Below, piece by piece: positions 31,926 through 42,209 of a stretch of DNA of 64,000 nt. Under the pieces are notes generated by a model, which was given only the letters and a program-made list of their open reading frames with translations, was not told the DNA's origin and did no database searches. Position numbers and translations under genes: made by a program. This stretch comes from an uncultured Gemmatimonadales bacterium (GTDB lineage: Bacteria; Gemmatimonadota; Gemmatimonadetes; Gemmatimonadales; GWC2-71-9), in NCBI GenBank assembly GCA_963798915.1, contig CAWCVB010000006.1, positions 64,001-128,000 on the forward strand, given 5' to 3'. Position 1 is the first letter of the stretch, and the number at the start of each line of letters is the position of its first letter.

Positions 31926-31998
31926 AGCGGGAGACGGGGCTCGAACCCGCGACAACCAGCTTGGGAAGCTGGAGCTCTACCAACTGAGCTACTCCCGC
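31926..31998 (-). tRNA. tRNA-Gly(CCC)
   Basis: GCGGGAGTAGCTCAGTTGGTAGAGCTCCAGCTTCCCAAGCTGGTTGTCGCGGGTTCGAGCCCCGTCTCCCGCT; anticodon CCC. Confidence 0.96.
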
Positions 31999-32008
31999 GA
32001 CGGGCGGG

Positions 32009-32038
32009 AAGATGCCGCACCGGAGCCGGCCATGTCAA
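32009..32038 (-). promoter_or_regulatory. Putative sigma70 promoter of tRNA-Gly
   Basis: TTGACA-N18-CATCTT followed by a GC-rich discriminator, ending 10 nt upstream of the tRNA. Confidence 0.6.
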
Positions 32039-32050
32039 GCGGAAGAACGT

Positions 32051-32974
32051 TCAGACCCGTTCCGCGGCCTCGAGAAAGCTGCGGAGGTCCGGTTCGCTCA
32101 CGGCCGGCTCGCCGGGAGACACGTTGTCGAGCTTGCCCTCCCGCATCCAGCGCTCCAGCTCACCGACCAGCTCAAACAGGTGATCGAACGAGTCCACAAT
32201 GAAGAGCAGCGGCTGGTAATGATCGATCTCGAAGTACTGGTTGATGACCCACTCAAGCTGCAGGGGAAAACGCTGAACCTCGGGTGAATCGATGGCATGG
32301 GCAATTTCGCCGTAGGAACTCAGCAATCCACTGCCGTAGACCTTGAGCGATCCGCCGGCTCGCATCAGTCCGAACTCAATGGTGAACCAGAAAAATCGGG
32401 CGAGTGCCTTCTGGATGCTCGTCAGGCGCCGGATCCGTTCCCTCTCATCGGGAATGCTCGCCACAATCTCCGCCGCGGTATGCGCGCAATCGCCGAAGCG
32501 CACCAGGGTATCGGCAAAGGCCCGGTCGGTATGCATGGGCACGTGGCCGGCGATGTCGTGGAAAATGTCCGGCTCAGGCAGGTAGTCGAGCGTCTCCGCG
32601 TCACGGATCGTGATGGTGGTGGGAAACTCACGGTTGCGGAGGCAGTCGAAGAACAGGAAGGCCGGGACGTAGCCGCTGACGGGCTTGGCCTTGAAGCCGG
32701 TCAACGGGCTGAGAAACCGGTTCACGTCGTCCAGGCGCGGCACCCTGCTGGGGTCGAGACACAGGTTGTCGATTCCCTGGAGGAAGCGCGGATTGGCATA
32801 CTGCCTCCAGCGCGACTCCATCCGGGAGAACAGTTTACGCCAGGCATCGTGGTTGACGTCGGAGTACAGCTCATACGGCTGGTGGATATACAGGCGGCCA
32901 TCGGCCTGCGCCCGTTCGATGAAGGGAGCGCGGGTGGTCGTGAGGCCCTCACCGCCCGACTGAATGCCAGTCAT
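32051..32974 (-). CDS. phhA: Phenylalanine 4-monooxygenase (biopterin-dependent aromatic amino acid hydroxylase)
   Basis: YLPEPDIFHDIAGHVPM, FWFTIEFGL, YGSGLLSSYGE, YQPLLF. Confidence 0.9.
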   Translation of the reverse strand: MTGIQSGGEGLTTTRAPFIERAQADGRLYIHQPYELYSDVNHDAWRKLFSRMESRWRQYANPRFLQGIDNLCLDPSRVPRLDDVNRFLSPLTGFKAKPVSGYVPAFLFFDCLRNREFPTTITIRDAETLDYLPEPDIFHDIAGHVPMHTDRAFADTLVRFGDCAHTAAEIVASIPDERERIRRLTSIQKALARFFWFTIEFGLMRAGGSLKVYGSGLLSSYGEIAHAIDSPEVQRFPLQLEWVINQYFEIDHYQPLLFIVDSFDHLFELVGELERWMREGKLDNVSPGEPAVSEPDLRSFLEAAERV

Positions 32975-33082
32975 GGATACCCTCCAGCGCGTCGAACCGA
33001 GAGGCGACCCGGCACGAGGAATCGAAAAACGGCGCGCCGGACGCCCAAAACCGCTCTGGACGCCCGGCGCAATTGAGTTCCG

Positions 33083-34525
33083 CTACTTGATGCCGTACCG
33101 CCAGCCGGTGATGCCCGCTCCCTGCGCCGTGGCGGTCACGTTGAATGTCTCGCCCTTCTTGAGCGCTGGCACCGCAACGTCCACACTGCTCACGGCTGCA
33201 CCGTCACTGTTCAGGAATTCGACCGTCAGCGTCGTGGGATGCGGGGCCAGCGCCGCGCCCGTGGAGGAAGTGGCGTCGCGCCCAGTGGCCACCGCGGCGA
33301 AGCTGGCCCCGGTCGCCGATGGCTCGAGCCTCGTCTCCGTGATCGCATACGGAAGGGCGTTGAGCTTAAGGCGGGTCGACACCGCATTCTTGCTGTCCTT
33401 GGTCAGATTGTAGCCGAACCCGAGCATCTGGAGTCCCGACTCGCTGGCGGGGTCCATGGCCAGCAACTGCTTGCCCCAGCGTGTCAGCTCCGGGCCTTTC
33501 TTCAACCGGTAATTGGACGCGACGAGCATGTAGATCACGTCCCGATTATAGGGCTCGGCGGCTGCAACCTTTTCCGCGGCTGCGGCTGCGTCGGCCCAGC
33601 TTTCCGCATTGAACGCCTTGACTGCGTCGTTGTACGGCGAGTTGTCCTCAGCCGGTGCGCGCTGCACGGTCTCGCCTGCCGCCTCGAGCTGCGCCGCCAC
33701 CGCATTGACGCTGTCCTGCATGCCAGCTGCCTGGTAGGCGGACATCAGCGCCTTCTTGGCGTTGATGTCATCCGGATGATTGGCCACGAACTGCTGCAGC
33801 ACGGGAACCGCCTCCGTGCCACGGTTGAGCCGAAGCAGCACCACCGCCTTGTTGAACCGGGCCTGATCCTGCAGAGTGGCCGCGTTGGAGTCGGCCGGCG
33901 CGGCGAGGGCCGAGTCGAAATAAGTCAGTGCCCGCTCCATGTTGTTCGCGTCGAATGCAATCGTCGCAAGGTAGTAGTACGCATGCGGCGACCCGACATA
34001 GAGGCGGTTGGCGAGATTGAAATAGGTCGTGGCCGAGTCGGTCTGCTTGGTCTTGAGAAACTCGATTCCCTGGTTGATGACCGCGATCCAGGCGGCATGA
34101 CGGTACTTGGCAATATCAGCCTTGCAGTCCGGGGCCAGCGCCTCGGCCTTGGCAAAGGAGCTGTCGGCACCGGCAATGTCGCCCTTGCGGAGCTGAATGC
34201 GGCCGAGATAGTACCAGGCCCCGGGGCTCTTGTCCTGACCGTTCTCGTTGATCGCCTCGAGGGTAACACGCTCGCCGTTGTCGAGCGCCCGGGCCTTGTT
34301 CTCGTCAACTGGCGTCTCAACGGCCGTCTTCAGGTACACCTTTGCCGAGCTGACCTTGAAGTGGAGCCCCTTGTCGGCCGAGCAAGCGGCTGCCTCGAAT
34401 TTCGGAAACGCGGCACGCACTGCCTGCGCGACGCGCTGGGTCATCGGGATCGCCTGGGTGGAATCCTGGGCCACGAGGGCGCTCGGCAGGATGCCGAGCA
34501 GGAGGACCACCGAACCGATTTTCAT
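33083..34525 (-). CDS. Exported TPR protein with C-terminal FxLYD-like beta domain
   Basis: Signal peptide, several TPR-like repeats, C-terminal VEFLNSDG...VPALKKGETF...GWRY. Confidence 0.7.
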   Translation of the reverse strand: MKIGSVVLLLGILPSALVAQDSTQAIPMTQRVAQAVRAAFPKFEAAACSADKGLHFKVSSAKVYLKTAVETPVDENKARALDNGERVTLEAINENGQDKSPGAWYYLGRIQLRKGDIAGADSSFAKAEALAPDCKADIAKYRHAAWIAVINQGIEFLKTKQTDSATTYFNLANRLYVGSPHAYYYLATIAFDANNMERALTYFDSALAAPADSNAATLQDQARFNKAVVLLRLNRGTEAVPVLQQFVANHPDDINAKKALMSAYQAAGMQDSVNAVAAQLEAAGETVQRAPAEDNSPYNDAVKAFNAESWADAAAAAEKVAAAEPYNRDVIYMLVASNYRLKKGPELTRWGKQLLAMDPASESGLQMLGFGYNLTKDSKNAVSTRLKLNALPYAITETRLEPSATGASFAAVATGRDATSSTGAALAPHPTTLTVEFLNSDGAAVSSVDVAVPALKKGETFNVTATAQGAGITGWRYGIK

Positions 34526-34528
34526 TAG

Positions 34529-35833
34529 TTACTCCTGGGACGTCGAGGTCGTTGGATCGCGGCTGCCGCTGCTGTCGGCGTGCCGCGCTGCATGGTCTTG
34601 CAACTCTCTTGCCAGTCGGTGCACCGGGCGTCCTTCCGAACGCGCAAGTGCCTGTAGGTCATCGAGTTCTGGCTTTTCTCTCAAGCCATCTGGAGCCTCA
34701 AAAACCTTCACCCGGACGGCTGGGCCGTCCCCTATGGATCGGGTCACGGTGTGACGTTCCAAGGTGCTCCGGGACGCACGCCACCAGCGGCACCCACCAC
34801 TGGTGCTGTGCCGCAGCAAGGCATCCGCGACGTCGTCACGTCGGTCTTCCGGAACAATGGCTTCGACCCGGAAAGATATCCTGCCCTTCTTACCCATTGT
34901 GGACCAGACCTGCACATCCGCCGCGCCGGCGTCGACCATTGCCGCTCGAAGCGGCTCCAAGTATTCGGGATTCAGATCGTCCAGGTCTGTGGCCAGCACC
35001 ACAATTTCTTCGGCCTCGTCCACCGGCTCCGCGAGCAGCAGGCGGAGCACATTGGCGTAGCCGGACGGATTACGCTCGCCAGCGCCAACGCCGACGGCAG
35101 CGGTGGCTCGCCACTCACTCGGCGGCGGGCCGTCGCTGAGTGTCCGAAGCAGTGCCGCACCGGTCGGAGTCGTAGCTTCCCCGCGAGCAGGACCGTCCGC
35201 CCGTATGCTGAGTCCCGCCATGAGCAACGCGGTTGCCGGAGTCGGCACGGACAGCTCGCCGTGCGCAGCCCGGACCCAACCCCCACCCAATGCCACCGGC
35301 CAATGAAAGATCCGGCTGACGCCAAGACGCTCGAACCCTTCAACGACTCCGACAATATCGATCAGGGCATCGAGCGCACCGACCTCGTGGAGCGCGACGC
35401 GTGCGGCGGCGACCCCATGCACCTGGCCTTCCGCTTCTGCCAGCAGCTGAAATGCGCTGACCGCCTTGCTCTTGACCCATTCGGAGAGTGGGGCCGCCTC
35501 GATCATGGCGGTCAACTCGCCAACATGCCTGTGCTCCTCGCCGTGCCCAAGCTGCTCCACGTGATGGTGGTCCACCGTCGGCGGATGGTCACGAGGCAGG
35601 GTGATGTCTCCCGGCGCCTCGTGCCTGCCGTCCGGCAATCGCACCGTCACTTTGGTGGCGCGTATGCCTCCACGATCAACCGCTTCCCGGCTCACTTGAA
35701 CTTCCGGGACGCCGAGCCGGCCCGGCAGCTCGTCCAGCCATGCGGCGTCGTCGGTGAGGGCGACGAGCGCGCCAAGCAGCATGTCGCCGCTCACGCCTAC
35801 GGAAGGATCGATGATCGCGAAGGGTCGCCTCAT
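34529..35833 (-). CDS. larC: LarC family (DUF111) nickel-insertion protein
   Basis: GVSGDMLLGAL, His-rich segment, AEGQVHG, HEVGALD, TPTGAALL, DLDDLNPE, KPELDD. Confidence 0.85.
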   Translation of the reverse strand: MRRPFAIIDPSVGVSGDMLLGALVALTDDAAWLDELPGRLGVPEVQVSREAVDRGGIRATKVTVRLPDGRHEAPGDITLPRDHPPTVDHHHVEQLGHGEEHRHVGELTAMIEAAPLSEWVKSKAVSAFQLLAEAEGQVHGVAAARVALHEVGALDALIDIVGVVEGFERLGVSRIFHWPVALGGGWVRAAHGELSVPTPATALLMAGLSIRADGPARGEATTPTGAALLRTLSDGPPPSEWRATAAVGVGAGERNPSGYANVLRLLLAEPVDEAEEIVVLATDLDDLNPEYLEPLRAAMVDAGAADVQVWSTMGKKGRISFRVEAIVPEDRRDDVADALLRHSTSGGCRWWRASRSTLERHTVTRSIGDGPAVRVKVFEAPDGLREKPELDDLQALARSEGRPVHRLARELQDHAARHADSSGSRDPTTSTSQE

Positions 35834-35871
35834 AAGGGCGAAAGATGGCCCGTGCCTGGCCCGGCGGCAAA

Positions 35872-37032
35872 TCAGTCGCTCTGGTAGAGCCACCCTGCGC
35901 CGGTGTTAAAGACCACCACGCGCTCCCGTGGACCAATGGCGCCGGTCGCCGCGAGGCCCGCAACGGCGGCGAGGGCGGCGCCCCCTTCCGGCGAGACGTC
36001 GATCCCCTCAGTGGCCGTAGCGGCATCGGCAGCCTGCGCCAGCGCCTGATCGGAAACCGCGATTGCGCCCCCGCCGGTCTCGCGCAGCGCGCGAAACATG
36101 AGGCGATCGCCTATGGGCCCGGGCACCCGTAACCCGCTCGCGATCGTGGTCGGATCGGGCCACATCTCGGCGCGCTCGGCGCCCTCATTGAATGCCTTCA
36201 CCACCGGCGCACAGCCGGTGCTCTGCACGCTGTACAGACGGGGCGGCGGATCGCTGACCCAGCCCGCTTCACGCAGCTCCCGGAATGCCTTCCACATGCC
36301 GATCAGTCCGGTGCCACCGCCGGTCGGATAGATGATGACCTCCGGCAGCCGCCAGTCGAACTGCATGGCCAGCTCGAGTCCCAGTGTCTTCTTGCCTTCG
36401 ATCCGGTACGGTTCCTTCAGTGTCGAGAGGTCGAACCACCCCTCGGTCGCGGCGAAGGTGCGTGCGGCCTTTCCGCAATCGCCGATGTGTCCGTCCACCA
36501 GGACCAGGTCGCCACCGAAGCGTCGTACCTGTTGCTGCAGGCGGGACGGCGTTGACCTCGGGGCGAAGACCCGCACGGGCAAGCCGGCACGCGCACCATA
36601 TGCGCTGCTCGCGACGCCGGCGTTGCCTGCCGTCGGAAGGACCAGGCCTTGTGCCCCGCCAGCCTTCGCGCGGGTCACGGCGGCGGAGAGGCCCCGCGAC
36701 TTGAACGATCCGGTGGGATTGACTCCTTCATCCTTGATCCAGAGGTCCTCGACTCCCATACCGGCACCGGTTCGGGGAACCGGGAGCAGCGGTGTATCGC
36801 CTTCACCCAGCGACACCGGCGTTTCCTCAGGCAGGAGCGGAAGCCAGCCACGAAAGCGCCACATACTCCGGCCTCGGCGGACCGCTGCCCGATCTTTGAG
36901 CGAGTAGCGCCGGTCAGGATACTGCACCAACCAGGGATGGCCGCACTCACACAGGGTGGGCAGGCCGGTGGGAGGGGCCGTGCGTTGGCAAGCCGGGCAA
37001 GTCAGGATCCAGTCGATCGAAGAGTGAGTCAT
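35872..37032 (-). CDS. thrC: Threonine synthase-like PLP enzyme
   Basis: SLGEGDTPL, NPTGSFKSRG, PTAGNAG, EPYRIEGKKT, PTGGGTG, FNTG. Confidence 0.85.
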   Translation of the reverse strand: MTHSSIDWILTCPACQRTAPPTGLPTLCECGHPWLVQYPDRRYSLKDRAAVRRGRSMWRFRGWLPLLPEETPVSLGEGDTPLLPVPRTGAGMGVEDLWIKDEGVNPTGSFKSRGLSAAVTRAKAGGAQGLVLPTAGNAGVASSAYGARAGLPVRVFAPRSTPSRLQQQVRRFGGDLVLVDGHIGDCGKAARTFAATEGWFDLSTLKEPYRIEGKKTLGLELAMQFDWRLPEVIIYPTGGGTGLIGMWKAFRELREAGWVSDPPPRLYSVQSTGCAPVVKAFNEGAERAEMWPDPTTIASGLRVPGPIGDRLMFRALRETGGGAIAVSDQALAQAADAATATEGIDVSPEGGAALAAVAGLAATGAIGPRERVVVFNTGAGWLYQSD

Positions 37033-38837
37033 TGCTTCAGGTGTTCGAGGATGCGGGTGGCGAGTCCGTGTGAAAAGCCAGGCAGCGCCGCGATTTCCTG
37101 GTGTGTGGCAGTGCGGACGCCGGCGAGGCTGCCGAATCGCTCCAGCAGCACGCGCCGCCGCGCCGCACCGATGCCAGGAATATTGAGCAGCTCGGATGTG
37201 ATCGTCCGCGCGGTGCGGCGCTTCCGGCTGAACGCCACGCCGAACCGGTGCGCTTCGTCACGAGCGCGCTGCAGAAGCCGCAGGGACGATGCACGGCGCC
37301 CCAGCCGGAGACTCTCGGCGCGGCCCGGCATGAACACTTCTTCCTCACGCTTGGCGAGGCTCACGACGGGGAGGTCCGGGAAGCCCAGTTCGTGCGTCGC
37401 GGCAAGGGCGGCGCCGAGCTGTCCCTTCCCGCCGTCGATCACCATGAGGTCTGGCAGCGGCAATTGCTCGTCGCGGCGGCGCGTCAGGAACCTGGTCACC
37501 ACTTCATGAATGGCGGCGTAATCGTCCTGCTGCGCCAACCCCTTGATCCGATAGCGGCGGTACTCACTCTTCCGAGGCCTCCCGGCTTCGAACCATACCA
37601 GCGACCCGACGATGTCGCGCCCCTGGTTGTGGCTGATGTCCACGCACACAAAACTGCGGGGCACCACATTCAGCCCGAGGTCGCGTCCCAGCGCGTACAC
37701 AGGATCCTCGGCACGTTCTTCCGTTTCGAACGACTCGATGCGGAGGCTCTCGAGCAGGTGCCGGGCGTTGTCGTCCGCAAGTCCCTGCCAACGGGAGGCC
37801 GTGCCCCGTTGCGGGAAGGTCCACTGCGCGTCCGGCATCAGGCGTTGCAGTGCATCGAGATCGGCAGGCGGGAACGGCAGGACAACGCGCCGTGCGCGGC
37901 CCTCGACCAGGGCATAGAAACGTACGAGGAAGGCCGCAAGCACCGCCTCGTCCGGCTCCTCCTCCGCGCTCTCCAGGAAGCGATGTTCGCGCGCCAGCAC
38001 GCGGCCATTGCGCACGCGTAGCAGCACGCCGACCGCATCATCACCATCGCGCGCGTAACCGATCGCGTCGGCGTCGCCGGTGCCGATCACTTCGACGCTT
38101 GGTGGAGCCTCCAGCCGCTCCAACCACTTGAGGGCGTCTCGCAGTTCCTGGGCCCGCTCGAAGTCCTCGCGCTCCGCGGCAGCAAACATGGCGGTGCGCA
38201 CCCGTTCCCGGACGTCAACGGTGCGACCGTCAAGGAAGGCCAGCACTTCGTCGATCATCGCACGATACGCCGCCTCGGTCTGCCAGCCCACACAGGGCGC
38301 CTTGCAACGCCCGATGTGGTAGTCCAGACAGGGGCGCTCGCGCCGCTCCCGCGGAATGTCGTCAGGGCAGCTGCGCACCGTATACAGCCGGCGGATGATG
38401 GCAAGACTGCGCCGAAGCTGGCCGACGTCCGTGAACGGACCAAAATATCTGGCGCCGGTGATGTCGCGTCGACGGGTGACGAGTACCCTGGGAAAGGGCT
38501 CGGCCAAGGTCACGGCGATCGAGGGGTAGCTCTTGTCGTCCTTGAAGACGACGTTGAAGCGGGGGCGGTACTCCTTGATGAGGTTGTTCTCCAGCACCAG
38601 GGCCTGGGCTTCATCCGGCACCACGATGGTTTCCACGTCCGCGATCTTGCTTCGCAGCAGCTGGTTCTTGGGGCTCTCGGAAAAATCGGCGGTGACGTAG
38701 CTCCGCACCCGGGCGGACAGGCGCTTGGCCTTGCCGACGTACAACACGTTCCCGGCCGCATCCCGCCAGAGATACACCCCTGGCGTATCGGGGAGGGTAT
38801 CGAGCTTGCGTTGGAGGTCGTTCGAATGGTCGGTCAT
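37029..38837 (-). CDS. uvrC: Excinuclease ABC subunit C
   Basis: GIY-YIG (PGVYLW...YVGKAK), DISH, IDGGKGQL, RDEAHRF, HhH. Confidence 0.97.
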   Translation of the reverse strand: MTDHSNDLQRKLDTLPDTPGVYLWRDAAGNVLYVGKAKRLSARVRSYVTADFSESPKNQLLRSKIADVETIVVPDEAQALVLENNLIKEYRPRFNVVFKDDKSYPSIAVTLAEPFPRVLVTRRRDITGARYFGPFTDVGQLRRSLAIIRRLYTVRSCPDDIPRERRERPCLDYHIGRCKAPCVGWQTEAAYRAMIDEVLAFLDGRTVDVRERVRTAMFAAAEREDFERAQELRDALKWLERLEAPPSVEVIGTGDADAIGYARDGDDAVGVLLRVRNGRVLAREHRFLESAEEEPDEAVLAAFLVRFYALVEGRARRVVLPFPPADLDALQRLMPDAQWTFPQRGTASRWQGLADDNARHLLESLRIESFETEERAEDPVYALGRDLGLNVVPRSFVCVDISHNQGRDIVGSLVWFEAGRPRKSEYRRYRIKGLAQQDDYAAIHEVVTRFLTRRRDEQLPLPDLMVIDGGKGQLGAALAATHELGFPDLPVVSLAKREEEVFMPGRAESLRLGRRASSLRLLQRARDEAHRFGVAFSRKRRTARTITSELLNIPGIGAARRRVLLERFGSLAGVRTATHQEIAALPGFSHGLATRILEHLKQ

Positions 38838-40363
38838 CGGCGCAAGCGTGCCACCAGCGCGCGGGCCTCGGGAACCCGCAGCAGACTGGCCATGGTCAGG
38901 TAGGTTACACCGAACGCGGCAGCAATCAGCACCCCGGTGACCTTCGGTCCCGGGAACGATACCCACCGCAGCAAGGTCCACGCGACGGCCGCCGCCACAA
39001 GCGCGGCGAGCCAGAGGCGGGCCACAAATTCCGCCGGCACTCCGGTCGGGCCGATCCTGGCGTTGAGGGCACGTCGCAAGAGCACGAACTCGATCCACGC
39101 GGCGATTCCCGCGGACACCGTCAGCCCGGCGGCGCCCCAGCGTGCCTCATAACCCAGAAGCGCTGGCAGGCGAAGGGCCGCGAACCACCCGAGCGCGATC
39201 GTGAGCGCGACCCGGAGCACACCGAATCGCAGTGGCGTGCGGGTATCCCGGAGCGCGTAGAACGTTGACGAATACAGCCGACCCAGCGTGCCGGCGAGCA
39301 GGCCGACGGCGGAGCCCGCCAGGATGCTCCAGACGGTGATGCTGTCGCGCGCCGTGAATCGTCCCCCCTGGAACAGCAGTGCCGCCAGAATGTGTCCTAT
39401 GGCGAGAAAAGCCATCGCCGACGGTACCACGAGAAACGCGATATGGCGCAGTCCCCGCACGAGGCGTTCCCGCAGATAGCCCTGCACTTCCGCTTCCTCC
39501 CCGCGGGCGCTCGACATGGCAGGCAGCTCGGCCGCCGAGACCGACATCCCGAAGAGGCTGATCGGCAAGGTGTAGAGCATCTGGGCGTACGCCAGATTCG
39601 CCACCGCACCGAGTGGCAGGAAGGACGCGATGAGCGTGTCGACGTAAGCGGAAATCTGAGTCACTCCCCGGGCGACGAACGCCGGCCCGAAATTGCGCAC
39701 CACTTCCCGCACATCGGCGTTGCCCCGGCTCCAGGTGAGCCGCAGGCCGCCAAGGAGTTTGAGCACCCAGGGCAGCTGCACCAGAACCTGCAGGAAGCTT
39801 CCTCCCACCGATGCCCAGGCAGCATACACCGCCAGTCTGCCGGGCGCTGTCCCACCGCCGACCCCGACCAGGACCGCGATGATGGCCGCATTCCACACGA
39901 TTGGCGCGGCGTACGAGAGAAAGAATTTCCCGTGGCTGTTGAGGATGCCCAGGCACCAGGCTGAGAGCACCAGCAGGCCGGTGCCCGGAAAGATGATCCG
40001 CACCAGTATGATGGCGAGGGCGCGCCGCTCCCCCTCGAATCCGGGCGCAATCAGGTTGATAAGCCAGGGTGTCAGCAGGATGCCGGCGAGCACCAGGATA
40101 GAGATCGTGGCGGCAAGCAGCGCCGCCACGGCTCCGGCAACCTTCCGGGCGTCCTCCCGGCGCCCCTCGGCCAGCAGGCCGGCGTAGACCGGGATGAAGG
40201 ACGCCGAGAGCGCGCCTTCGCCGAACAAGTTCTGGAGGAAGTTGGGGATTCGGAAGGCGGCCTGCCATGCATCGGCGGCGCCCCCCGCGCCGAGAAAGTG
40301 CGCGATCGCGGCGCCACGCAGAAAGCCAACGAGCCGGCTTGCGAGGATGCCAGCGGCCACCAT
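38834..40363 (-). CDS. murJ: Lipid II flippase MurJ
   Basis: SRLVGFLR, AFRIPNFLQNLFGEGALSASFIPVY, FYALRDTRTP. Confidence 0.96.
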   Translation of the reverse strand: MVAAGILASRLVGFLRGAAIAHFLGAGGAADAWQAAFRIPNFLQNLFGEGALSASFIPVYAGLLAEGRREDARKVAGAVAALLAATISILVLAGILLTPWLINLIAPGFEGERRALAIILVRIIFPGTGLLVLSAWCLGILNSHGKFFLSYAAPIVWNAAIIAVLVGVGGGTAPGRLAVYAAWASVGGSFLQVLVQLPWVLKLLGGLRLTWSRGNADVREVVRNFGPAFVARGVTQISAYVDTLIASFLPLGAVANLAYAQMLYTLPISLFGMSVSAAELPAMSSARGEEAEVQGYLRERLVRGLRHIAFLVVPSAMAFLAIGHILAALLFQGGRFTARDSITVWSILAGSAVGLLAGTLGRLYSSTFYALRDTRTPLRFGVLRVALTIALGWFAALRLPALLGYEARWGAAGLTVSAGIAAWIEFVLLRRALNARIGPTGVPAEFVARLWLAALVAAAVAWTLLRWVSFPGPKVTGVLIAAAFGVTYLTMASLLRVPEARALVARLRR

Positions 40364-40386
40364 GACCGCCGGCCGCTGGCGGGCGC

Positions 40387-40668
40387 TCAGGAGCGGCTCG
40401 GTGGAGGCAGAGGCGGCCGGCTGGGCGCGTCTTCGATCAGGCGCTGGAGGAATGCGTTGTCCTCCTTGAGAGTCTCCACGCTCCGGGTCAGGTCATCCAC
40501 CTCGGCTTCGAGCAGTTCGACCTTCCGGGCGACTTCAGCCAGTTCCGGCGGCGCAGCCTCCGGCCCTTCCAGCCGGCGCGCAATGGCGCGCCCAATGGGC
40601 GAGTCAAGCAAGATCCCCAGGATGGGGATCAGCAGGGCCAAAAGCAGGACGAGCGCGACAATCCACAT
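40387..40668 (-). CDS. Small membrane protein with coiled coil
   Basis: TM helix, DSPIGRAIARRLE, heptad-rich C-terminus; fills the gap between bshC and murJ. Confidence 0.7.
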   Translation of the reverse strand: MWIVALVLLLALLIPILGILLDSPIGRAIARRLEGPEAAPPELAEVARKVELLEAEVDDLTRSVETLKEDNAFLQRLIEDAPSRPPLPPPSRS

Positions 40669-40679
40669 GGTGCCCGAGT

Positions 40680-42209
40680 CTAGGCGGGAACGTGTGGCCC
40701 TTCAAGGGCCTGGCGGTATGCACTCGCCGCCTCGTCCCGCACCGCCTCCAGCAGGGCTGGTCCGTAGCGGGCCAACGGCTCCGGCACGCAAAGCACTCGC
40801 TCCTGGGGCCGGCCGGCTGGCAGCACCGACGTCCGGGCCCGGCGCAGCTGCCGAAGTTCGGTGTCATGGCGACGCTTGAGCGCTCGAATCATGCGGCGCT
40901 CAAGCCGGCCGACCTCAAACTCGATCCGGCGCATGGAGCCGTCTGCCGAACGGGCCAATGGTTCAGCGATAGAGGCGGACTCGGTGGTCAGGACGTGTCC
41001 GGCCTCTGCTGCCACCGCGCGCAGCTGCTTCAATGCGCCCACCGCACGGCCGGGCATCCGGTCGGCGGCCGCCTGGCTCAGGACATCGCGTTCAGGGTCG
41101 CGAAGCGCCTCCAGCGAAAGACCAAACCTGGCCAGCATGCGATCCGCGTAGGAGTCCACCAGGAGTCCGCTCCATCGGGGTACTCGTGCCGGCTGAGCGA
41201 TGCCGAGGTGCCTGAAGACTGAGGTGGCCAAGGCCAGGTAACGCAGCTCCCCGGGGCCAGCGCAGTAGGCCACCGACGCGAGGAGCTGGCTCTCCACGGC
41301 CGGGCGAAGCAGCACGTTGGGCGAGAGACGCTCTGGCTGCTCACCGGCAATGCGCTCCAGCTCATCCATCCGCACTATGGCTCCGGAGCGGCGCAGGCGG
41401 AGCTGCCGGTCCGCTGCCACAATGCGATCCCTGCCCTCCGGCCCGTCCAGCATCACGAGGGTGGCGTCCGCCTCATGGTCAACGCCCGGCGCGCGCCCCT
41501 GCTTGCGGAGGCCTTCGGCTCGCTCGAGAAGGCGTCGGCTCAGCTCTGCCCGGTCCGCCACCGCATGCAGCAGTACGGGCGCCATGGCTCGCTTGAATCC
41601 CGCCTCAGTGCTGTCCAGCACCAGAACGCCGAGCGGCGCCAGCAACTCGGCCAGCATGCCGCCTGCCGCGGCCGAAATCGTTCGTCCTGCTTCGAAGTGC
41701 CGCTGAAGGAGGTCGGTGGCGAACCCGCCAGCCACCAGACCCTCATGCATCGTCCTGAATTGTCTCACGAGCTCGGCGACCTCGGGTCCGAGCGGTTCCC
41801 TCCAGAGCGGAGTCATCGGCGCGGACGGCGGACGTTCACGCAGCATGCCCGTCACCAGCTCGCCGTCGGCGTCCAACCAGTGCGCGACGCGCGCCTCGTC
41901 CCAGTCATGGTCGTCACCGCCCAGCCAGAACACGGGCACGACCGGGCGGCCCCAGCGTTCCTCCAGTCGAGCTGCCAAGGCCGCGGCTGAGGCAGCCTTG
42001 TACAGCGTGTAGAGCGGTCCCAGGAAGAGCGCTGGCTGTTGGCCTGTCGTGACGGTCACGGCTCCCGGAGCGGCCAGCCTCGACTTGAGGGCGTCAGCGC
42101 CCGGGGCCGGAAGGATGGCACCATGCACTGCCGCGGCAATGGCATCGGCACGCGGCTCGATAACCGGCATGTCGCCGAGCGGCGGATTGGAGACCACCCG
42201 GAAGGTCAC
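40680..42209 (-). CDS. bshC: Bacillithiol biosynthesis protein BshC
   Basis: VTTGQQPALFLGPLYTLYKA, PVFWLGGDDHDWDE, SPNVLLRP, GPGELRY, PQERV. Confidence 0.92.
   Translation of the reverse strand: MTFRVVSNPPLGDMPVIEPRADAIAAAVHGAILPAPGADALKSRLAAPGAVTVTTGQQPALFLGPLYTLYKAASAAALAARLEERWGRPVVPVFWLGGDDHDWDEARVAHWLDADGELVTGMLRERPPSAPMTPLWREPLGPEVAELVRQFRTMHEGLVAGGFATDLLQRHFEAGRTISAAAGGMLAELLAPLGVLVLDSTEAGFKRAMAPVLLHAVADRAELSRRLLERAEGLRKQGRAPGVDHEADATLVMLDGPEGRDRIVAADRQLRLRRSGAIVRMDELERIAGEQPERLSPNVLLRPAVESQLLASVAYCAGPGELRYLALATSVFRHLGIAQPARVPRWSGLLVDSYADRMLARFGLSLEALRDPERDVLSQAAADRMPGRAVGALKQLRAVAAEAGHVLTTESASIAEPLARSADGSMRRIEFEVGRLERRMIRALKRRHDTELRQLRRARTSVLPAGRPQERVLCVPEPLARYGPALLEAVRDEAASAYRQALEGPHVPA

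Noticed and set aside
24692..31998. Genomic island bounded by tRNA-Arg and tRNA-Gly
   Set aside because: Contents are core housekeeping genes; no integrase and no duplicated tRNA 3' end.
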